Below are positions 57,641 to 64,000 of a DNA stretch of 64,000 bases, piece after piece. Made by a program: the position numbers and the translations under genes. Each line of letters opens with the position of its first letter. Within the stretch, counting starts at the first letter, position 1. A model generated the notes under the pieces. That model did no database searches. It saw nothing but the letters and a program-made list of their open reading frames with translations, and was not told the DNA's origin. The stretch comes from Candidatus Aenigmatarchaeota archaeon (GTDB taxonomy: Archaea; Aenigmatarchaeota; Aenigmatarchaeia; CG10238-14; SpSt-28): contig JAVVFY010000002.1 in assembly GCA_032249395.1 (NCBI GenBank), positions 32,001-96,000 of the forward strand, written 5' to 3'.

Positions 57641-59812
57641 ATGAGAGTTGAAGAATTAAGAAATTTTGGATTCGTCGATAAATGGATTGAGAAGATAAGA
57701 AATAAGAAAATTGAAGAATTCTATCCTCCTCAGGAAGATTTTATTAAAAGAAGGTTATTTGAAAAAAATTGCATAGTTTCTACTCCTACGGCATCAGGAA
57801 AAACTTTAATAGCAATATTAGCCGCAATTAAAACTTTAGAAAAAGGGAAGAAAGTTTTGTACACTTCTCCTTTGGTTGCGTTAGCATTTGAAAAATATGA
57901 AGAATTTTTAAAATTTTTTAACGAATATAAAGTTGCCATATCTGTATCAGATTTTGATTCTAGTGATCCTTGGCTTCAAAATTATGATCTGATTGTTGCA
58001 ACAAACGAAAAAGTGGAGTCGCTAATCAGGCATGGTGCTGAGTGGATTAGAGATGTAGGCTTACTGATTTTAGATGAGATTCACCTACTTACAGACGTTT
58101 CTAGAGGTCCTACTCTAGAAATTTTAATAACAAAAATGAGAAAAATTGTAAAAAATATTCAAATAGTTGGGTTATCTGCAACCATAAGAAATGCCGAAGA
58201 ATTAGCAGAGTGGCTTGATGCAGAGCTTCTAAAGAGCGATTTTAGACCTGTAAAACTTTATCAGGGTATTGCATACGATTCCAAAATAAAGTTTCCTGGA
58301 TATAAGACGATAGAATTAGATAAAGAACTTGATTTAGAAGAAGCAATAGTTGTTGATACAATAAACAAAGGAAAACAAATCTTAATATTTTGCTCAACAA
58401 GAAAGTCAACAGAAGCATTAGCAGAAAGATTGTCAAAAGTTGTTAGTAGCAAACTTGGAAAAAGCGATTTAGAACTTCTAAAAAAGCTTTCTGATGAAAT
58501 TGAAAACGTATTGGAAGTTCCTACAGAGCAATGTAAAAGATTAGCTAAATGTATTAAAAGCGGTGTGGCATTTCATCATTCAGGATTAGTTGGAGGACAA
58601 AGAAGGTTGATTGAAGAGAATTTCAGAAACGGCTTGATAAAAGTTCTAGTTTCAACAACGACTTTAGCAGCTGGTGTAGATTTGCCGGCTTTTAGAGTTT
58701 TGATAAAAGAAGCAAAAAGGTATCACCCACTTTATGGCTCAATCTACATTCCTATTCTTGAATATTATCAGATGATTGGTAGAGCAGGAAGACCTAGATA
58801 CGATAATTATGGCGAATCTATAATAATTGCAAAAAGCGAAAACGATGCTGAAGAATTGATAGAACGATTTGTTTTTGGAGAACCAGAACCAATAACATCT
58901 AAGTTAGCTTCAGAACCTGCCTTGAGAATGCATGTACTAGCGTTGATAGCTAGCGATTTTTGTAAAAAGAAAAAATCTATATTTGACTTCTTCTCATCAA
59001 CATTCTTTGCTTTTAAGTATGGAGATCTATCAATTATAGAAGAAAAAGTAGAAAATATTCTGCAATCTTTGAATGAGTGGTCTTTCATAACAATTGACGG
59101 AGAAAAATTAGAAGCCACGAGACTTGGAAAGAGAATCTCAGAATTGTACATTGATCCCCTAACTGGTAAAATTTTTGTTGATGGTTTAAAATCAAAAGAA
59201 AGATTTACTGAATTTTCATTCTTACAGCTGATTTCTTCTTCAATAGAAATGAAGCCTTTACTCTCAGTTAGAACGAGTGAATTGGATGAAATAGAATCTA
59301 CTATAGAATCCAGAAAAGAAGAAATATTGGTTGAGGTTCCTTCTGATGAGTATGAGTATGAAGAGTTTGAAAAGAGCGTAAAGATGGCTAAAATTTTGGA
59401 AGATTGGATTAATGAAAAAACTGAAGAAGAAATAATGCAAAAGTATTCTTTAACTCCTGGAGAACTTTATTCTCGTTTACAAATAGCAGATTGGCTTCTT
59501 TACTCTTTACATGAAATCGCCCTAGTTATGAGGAAGAAAGAAGTTTTAACTAAATTGAAAAAGTTGAGACTAAGAGTTGAAAAGGGTATTAAAGAAGAAC
59601 TATTGCCTTTAGTTACTCTAGAAGGGGTAGGAAGAATCAGAGCTAGAAAATTGTATAATTCTGGTTTTAAATCTTTGGAAGATCTAAGAAGAGCTCCGCT
59701 AGAAACAATAGCAAAAATAGTTGGAGAGAAGACTGCAATCAAGATTAAAAACCAATTGGAAGGCAAGAAAGAAATTAAAGAAAGACAAACTTCCTTGTTT
59801 ACTAGACTCTAA
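57641..59812 (+). CDS. hel308: Ski2-like DNA helicase Hel308
   Basis: PTASGKT, DEIH, SAT, FHHSGL, QMIGRAGRP, GVGRIRARKL. Confidence 0.95.
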   Translation: MRVEELRNFGFVDKWIEKIRNKKIEEFYPPQEDFIKRRLFEKNCIVSTPTASGKTLIAILAAIKTLEKGKKVLYTSPLVALAFEKYEEFLKFFNEYKVAISVSDFDSSDPWLQNYDLIVATNEKVESLIRHGAEWIRDVGLLILDEIHLLTDVSRGPTLEILITKMRKIVKNIQIVGLSATIRNAEELAEWLDAELLKSDFRPVKLYQGIAYDSKIKFPGYKTIELDKELDLEEAIVVDTINKGKQILIFCSTRKSTEALAERLSKVVSSKLGKSDLELLKKLSDEIENVLEVPTEQCKRLAKCIKSGVAFHHSGLVGGQRRLIEENFRNGLIKVLVSTTTLAAGVDLPAFRVLIKEAKRYHPLYGSIYIPILEYYQMIGRAGRPRYDNYGESIIIAKSENDAEELIERFVFGEPEPITSKLASEPALRMHVLALIASDFCKKKKSIFDFFSSTFFAFKYGDLSIIEEKVENILQSLNEWSFITIDGEKLEATRLGKRISELYIDPLTGKIFVDGLKSKERFTEFSFLQLISSSIEMKPLLSVRTSELDEIESTIESRKEEILVEVPSDEYEYEEFEKSVKMAKILEDWINEKTEEEIMQKYSLTPGELYSRLQIADWLLYSLHEIALVMRKKEVLTKLKKLRLRVEKGIKEELLPLVTLEGVGRIRARKLYNSGFKSLEDLRRAPLETIAKIVGEKTAIKIKNQLEGKKEIKERQTSLFTRL

Positions 59813-60072
59813 ATTATCTCACTTTCTGTTACAACAACAAAATCTCCAACCGATTTAACAGCAGAAAATGGTATAAGTGGTCTTCCTTTTGAGTCTGTTT
59901 TAACGTTTAGATCTAATAAGCTTCTTGTTGCATCCTCTACTACAATATTCAATAATTCACCAGTATCTGTAATGAACTCTAAGTTTGCTACTATACCTAA
60001 TTTCTTCCCAGTCTCTGCACTTATTACTGGTTTCCCTATAACATCAGAAACTCTAACAGTTTTTATAGACAT
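59809..60072 (-). CDS. PRC-barrel domain protein (CdpB-like)
   Basis: IGKPVISAETGKKLG...TGEL...IPFSAVKSVGDFVVV. Confidence 0.85.
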   Translation of the reverse strand: MSIKTVRVSDVIGKPVISAETGKKLGIVANLEFITDTGELLNIVVEDATRSLLDLNVKTDSKGRPLIPFSAVKSVGDFVVVTESEII

Positions 60073-60116
60073 GCTAATTCACCATATTTTATTTAGGTTT
60101 TAAATAAATAAAGATT

Positions 60117-60635
60117 ATGGTTAGGTGTTTTATAGCAATTTACCCTATAAAATCACAAAAAATCCAAGAACTACAAGATAAAATAGCAAATTTGATAAAT
60201 GGAAAAAGCGTTGAAAAAGAAAATATGCACATTACATTATCTTTTCTTGGAGAAAAAAAGGAGAGCGAAATAAACGAAATAAGAAATAAGGTAGATATAG
60301 TGGCAAAAAACACATATAAAAGAGAAGCAATTTTAACAAAGATTAAATTCATACCAAACGAGAATTTTATTAGAGTTATAGTTGTTGACGTTGTTGGTTT
60401 AGATGATCTAAGTAAGATTATAGAAAAAGAAGTTGGCGGCGACGTTAAACCTCCTCATCTTACATTATTCAGAGTGAAAAATGTTAAGGACAAGAAAACT
60501 CTACTGGAATTTAGAAAAATCGATATTAACGAAAGGGTCCTCGTTGATAAAATATCTATTATGAAAAGCACATTAACTCCAAAAGGTCCTATTTATGAAA
60601 TAATTCATTCGTTTGACTTGGTTTCAAACCAATAG
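60117..60635 (+). CDS. thpR: RNA 2',3'-cyclic phosphodiesterase (2H family)
   Basis: RCFIAI, HITLSFLG, PHLTLFR, STLTPKGPIY. Confidence 0.92.
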   Translation: MVRCFIAIYPIKSQKIQELQDKIANLINGKSVEKENMHITLSFLGEKKESEINEIRNKVDIVAKNTYKREAILTKIKFIPNENFIRVIVVDVVGLDDLSKIIEKEVGGDVKPPHLTLFRVKNVKDKKTLLEFRKIDINERVLVDKISIMKSTLTPKGPIYEIIHSFDLVSNQ

Positions 60636-61427
60636 GTTTATGTAGTCCCTCTCTGTAAATATACCCTCTAGTTTATTGTCTTCATCCACTATTAACATAG
60701 AGCTTATTTTCTTCTCTTTCATTTTCTTTAAAACATTTGATAAAGATTCTCTCTTCAATACAGTTATCATATTTTTTGTCATAATTTCGGATATTGTTCT
60801 ATCTAAAATTTTTCCAGAAAATAAGTTATTTACTAAGTAATTGAAAATAAGAGTGGAAGTCACGTATCCAACCAATGCTCTGTTTTCAACAACCGGAAGT
60901 CTTCTGTATTTTCCGTTAACCATTGTTCTAATAACTTCTCTTAGAGTAAAGGAAGGTGTAACAAAGAACGGTTTCTTAGTCATGACTTCGTCTATAACTA
61001 TGTTTTCGAAAGCTTCAAAACTTTTTGCTGCCAAAATGAAGTCTGTCTCCGATATAACTCCAACAATCTTACCTTCTTGCGTCACAGGCAGCCTTCCCCT
61101 TTTAGAGATTTTCATTTTCTGTAAAACATAACCTATGCTCTCGTTGGCGTCGCATCCAACAACTTCTCTTGACATTATATTTTCTACAAAATCATTCATA
61201 TTACCACCACTTATAAAAAAACTAAAAATATCCGTTATAGTTATTATTCCTAATAGGCGCATCTTTCTATCTACAACAGGCAAGCTTCTATGTCCACTTG
61301 AAGAAAGTTTTTTGCATACATCAATTATTTTCTCTCCAACAAAAGCAACGACAGGGTTTAAAGAAGAAATAGATAATATCCTCTCTTTTTTATTTATACC
61401 AACTTTTTCTAGCTCGACTTCAATCAT
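60624..61427 (-). CDS. CBS-domain protein (two CBS pairs)
   Basis: Repeated LPVV..GIIT..D motifs. Confidence 0.9.
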   Translation of the reverse strand: MIEVELEKVGINKKERILSISSLNPVVAFVGEKIIDVCKKLSSSGHRSLPVVDRKMRLLGIITITDIFSFFISGGNMNDFVENIMSREVVGCDANESIGYVLQKMKISKRGRLPVTQEGKIVGVISETDFILAAKSFEAFENIVIDEVMTKKPFFVTPSFTLREVIRTMVNGKYRRLPVVENRALVGYVTSTLIFNYLVNNLFSGKILDRTISEIMTKNMITVLKRESLSNVLKKMKEKKISSMLIVDEDNKLEGIFTERDYINLLV

Positions 61428-61449
61428 AAATTTTTTTGGATTCTAAAAA

Positions 61450-62001
61450 CTAATCCTTTTCTAATAAATCTTTACAATCTTCGCATAACCATCTTCCGTT
61501 AAAGTTGTAAAGGTTATCAGAATAGTTATCACATTCTTCGCAAACACCACTTATTCTTCCTTCGATTCTTTCTGGTTCTACGCCTTCTTCTTTCAATCTA
61601 AGCCTTTCTTCTATTATATTTATAAATTCTGGACTTACTCTAGCTATATCAGTATCTGTAATTATACCAATTAGTTTTCCTTTTTCGACTACAGGAATTC
61701 TTTTTATAGAATTCTTCCTCATTAGTCTAGATGCTTCAACAACATCATCGTTCGGTGATATGGTTATTATGGGAGAGCTCATAACTTCACTAACTTTAAC
61801 TTTTTTTGGATCTTTACCCTTAGAAATCACTTTTTCAATTATATCACTATCAGTAAGAATTCCCACTGGTTTGTTTTTTCTTACTATAACAACATAACCT
61901 CTCCTTTCTTTAGCCATCTGTTTTGCTGCATGATATACTGTTTTTTTCTCATCTATTTTGTTAACCTTCTTGGACATCAATTCTTTAACTAAAAGAGGCA
62001 T
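61450..62001 (-). CDS. CBS-pair protein with C-terminal zinc ribbon
   Basis: CBS pair plus GVCEEC...WLCEDC; start set at MPLLV. Confidence 0.88.
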   Translation of the reverse strand: MPLLVKELMSKKVNKIDEKKTVYHAAKQMAKERRGYVVIVRKNKPVGILTDSDIIEKVISKGKDPKKVKVSEVMSSPIITISPNDDVVEASRLMRKNSIKRIPVVEKGKLIGIITDTDIARVSPEFINIIEERLRLKEEGVEPERIEGRISGVCEECDNYSDNLYNFNGRWLCEDCKDLLEKD

Positions 62002-62039
62002 AAGGTTATTTACATATGCATATAAAAATTTTTCATTCT

Positions 62040-62369
62040 TCAACAAAATTTTCTAATAAATTCTTCAAAGTTTTCTCCTTTTCCTTTCTCTAGTACATTA
62101 GCAGGCTCGAAAACTTCAATATCACCGTAACCAAAATCTACTACAACATAGAATGGAAACCCTTCTAACATCTTTCCCATATACCCTTTATAGTAAATTT
62201 TATCCTTCCTTGTAGATTTTACTTGAAAGAAAACACACACGCCTTTTTTTATACAAACCAAATCTGCTTTGCCAAAACTACCTCCAGCTCTTACAACAAT
62301 CCAACCTTCTCTTTCTAGATTTTGTTTTATCTTTCTCTCGACTCTATATCCTTTATATTTTGTCTTCAT
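62040..62369 (-). CDS. Hjc-like PD-(D/E)xK nuclease (Holliday junction resolvase family)
   Basis: KGYRVER...GWIVVRAGGS..ADLV...FQVKST. Confidence 0.8.
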   Translation of the reverse strand: MKTKYKGYRVERKIKQNLEREGWIVVRAGGSFGKADLVCIKKGVCVFFQVKSTRKDKIYYKGYMGKMLEGFPFYVVVDFGYGDIEVFEPANVLEKGKGENFEEFIRKFC

Positions 62370-62667
62370 ATGTTAAGTTTAAATTAGTAATATATTTTAT
62401 AATATCTAAAAGAGACTTTCCTTTAGTAGTTATAATATATATTCTGCCTTTTCTTCTTCCGGGATTTATACACTCTACTAGTCCTCTAATTTTAAGTTCT
62501 TTAAGTTTCGTTGAAACATTAGATAAAGACATCTTCAAAATCCTTGAAATCCTAGTTGGTGTTTCTGGACAAATCTCCAATAAAAACAATATTTTTCTAG
62601 AAATGCTAGACGAAACTAAATACCCTAACTCATCAGAGTATTCAATTAGTTTTTCTACATATTTCAT
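62353..62667 (-). CDS. Winged-helix transcriptional regulator (ArsR/MarR-like)
   Basis: TPTRISRIL..SLSNVS..LKEL...GLVEC...RKGRIY.IT.KG. Confidence 0.85.
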   Translation of the reverse strand: MKYVEKLIEYSDELGYLVSSSISRKILFLLEICPETPTRISRILKMSLSNVSTKLKELKIRGLVECINPGRRKGRIYIITTKGKSLLDIIKYITNLNLTYEDKI

Positions 62668-62699
62668 TAGTTAATTTTTGAACCGAAAAAAATTTAAAT

Positions 62700-64000
62700 C
62701 TAATCAACACGAAGAGTTTCTAAAAGCCTCGGAGCATAACTCTCTATTTTAAATATCCTCTCTATACTTTTAGACAAGGATACAGCCTTCTCCTCTTCTC
62801 CATGCACAACCAAAACTCGTTTAGGTTTAGATGTTAAGTTTCCTATATAAGCTAAAAGTTGCTTCCTATCTGAATGGGCACTTAATCCTTCAGCAGTATA
62901 AACTTCCATAGCTATTTTTAGAGTTGTCATTCTACCATTATCTTCAATAGGAATTTCCTTCCATCCTTTTTGAATTTTTCTACCCAAGGTTCCCTCGGCC
63001 TGATAACCAACGAAGATTAGAGTGTTTCTCTCGTCTTCAGCCAGATGTTTTAAATGTTCCAAAACAGGACCCCCTGTCAACATACCGCTAGTTGATATTA
63101 TAACACAAGGTCTATCATTCCATGCTTTTTCTCTTTCTGACATAGAGGAAATCCTCTTAAAAATGGGGGACAAAAAAGGATCTTTACCACTAATGGCATC
63201 CTTCATCATTCTTCTACCATAATATTCAGGATATGCAGTAAAAACTGTGTTGGCATCCCATATCATCCCATCCAAATAGATAGGATAAAGGAAGTTGTTT
63301 TTAACCAGAATTGCCATAATTTCTTGAGCTCTTTCAACGGAAAAACTTGGAATTAAAACTATACCTCCTCTCTCCATAGTTTTGTTAACAACTCTCATAA
63401 ATTGTTCCTCGACCTCCTTTCTAGAAGGCATTACATCAGTTTTTGCTCCATAAGTTGATTCAATTATTAAGGTCTCGACCCTTTGAAAATTAGTAAATGC
63501 TGGGTCTAAAAGATTTGTTCTCCCAAATTTTTGATCAAGAGCATAAACAATATTGTGCCATCCATCACCAACATGTAAATGAACTATTGCAGAGCCAAGA
63601 ATATGGCCAGCGTTGTAAAAAGTAAGTCTTATATCTGGAGAAATATCTGTAACTTCATTATAATCGATGGTTATTGCTCTTTTTATAGCCTCTTTTACTC
63701 CTTTTATTGTGAAAAGGGGTTTAAAGGAGCTTCTCTGCATAACATCTATAAAATCTAACCATAAGAGAGTAGCTAAATCCAGTGTTGGAGGCGTTAAATA
63801 AAGAGGTCCGTCGTAACCCATTTCATAAAGAGTTGGAATAAAACCAACATGATCTAAGTGTGCATGAGACACAATAATAGCATCTATTTCATTTATGTTA
63901 AACTCTGGAATATTCAATATCGGAAAACCGTTTTGACTTCCAGCAATAACACCAGCATCTACAAGAACTTTAGATTTGGGTGTTTCAACAAGCAAACAAG
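62700..64000 (-). CDS. aCPSF1/FttA beta-CASP ribonuclease (5' part beyond window)
   Basis: SHAHLDH, NAGHILGS, ESTYG, TSGMLTGGP, GYQAEGTLG, SAHSD, VHGE. Confidence 0.93.
   Translation of the reverse strand, partial: CLLVETPKSKVLVDAGVIAGSQNGFPILNIPEFNINEIDAIIVSHAHLDHVGFIPTLYEMGYDGPLYLTPPTLDLATLLWLDFIDVMQRSSFKPLFTIKGVKEAIKRAITIDYNEVTDISPDIRLTFYNAGHILGSAIVHLHVGDGWHNIVYALDQKFGRTNLLDPAFTNFQRVETLIIESTYGAKTDVMPSRKEVEEQFMRVVNKTMERGGIVLIPSFSVERAQEIMAILVKNNFLYPIYLDGMIWDANTVFTAYPEYYGRRMMKDAISGKDPFLSPIFKRISSMSEREKAWNDRPCVIISTSGMLTGGPVLEHLKHLAEDERNTLIFVGYQAEGTLGRKIQKGWKEIPIEDNGRMTTLKIAMEVYTAEGLSAHSDRKQLLAYIGNLTSKPKRVLVVHGEEEKAVSLSKSIERIFKIESYAPRLLETLRVD

Noticed and set aside
1..64000. CRISPR array, rRNA, transposase, reverse transcriptase or diversity-generating retroelement
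   Set aside because: No spaced repeat array, long GC-rich RNA gene or relevant protein motif seen by eye; the only long repeat is exact, without adenine-specific mismatches.

Overview
AT-rich archaeal chromosomal DNA, most consistent with a thermophilic DPANN lineage (Aenigmarchaeota-like; inferred from gene content, not from a marker tree). Core genes include a streamlined spc ribosomal-protein block (uS8 to SecY to eL14) with a NUDIX gene inserted, RFC-L/S, GlyRS, EF-1beta, Alba, a histone, RPA, RadA, Hel308, Kae1/Bud32, Dph5 and aCPSF1. There are five distinct tRNA genes (three with 11-12 nt introns) plus a near-duplicate tRNA-Pro, and three LAGLIDADG inteins (RFC-S, a HerA-like ATPase, RadA). 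The main accessory feature is a ~17 kb type IV pilus/Tad-like locus (30290-47026): ATPase, fused platform protein and about ten pilin-like genes, bracketed on both sides by five paralogous unknown membrane proteins. One pilin carries a Cys-flanked glycine-zipper hairpin. Other oddities: a tRNA splicing endonuclease whose catalytic Lys appears replaced by Ala, a 206-bp exact duplication spanning tRNA-Pro amid decayed genes, a structured RNA upstream of a TRAM gene, and a cluster of small ORFs. No CRISPR array, rRNA, integrase or transposase was seen. All calls come from motif recognition by eye; no searches were run.
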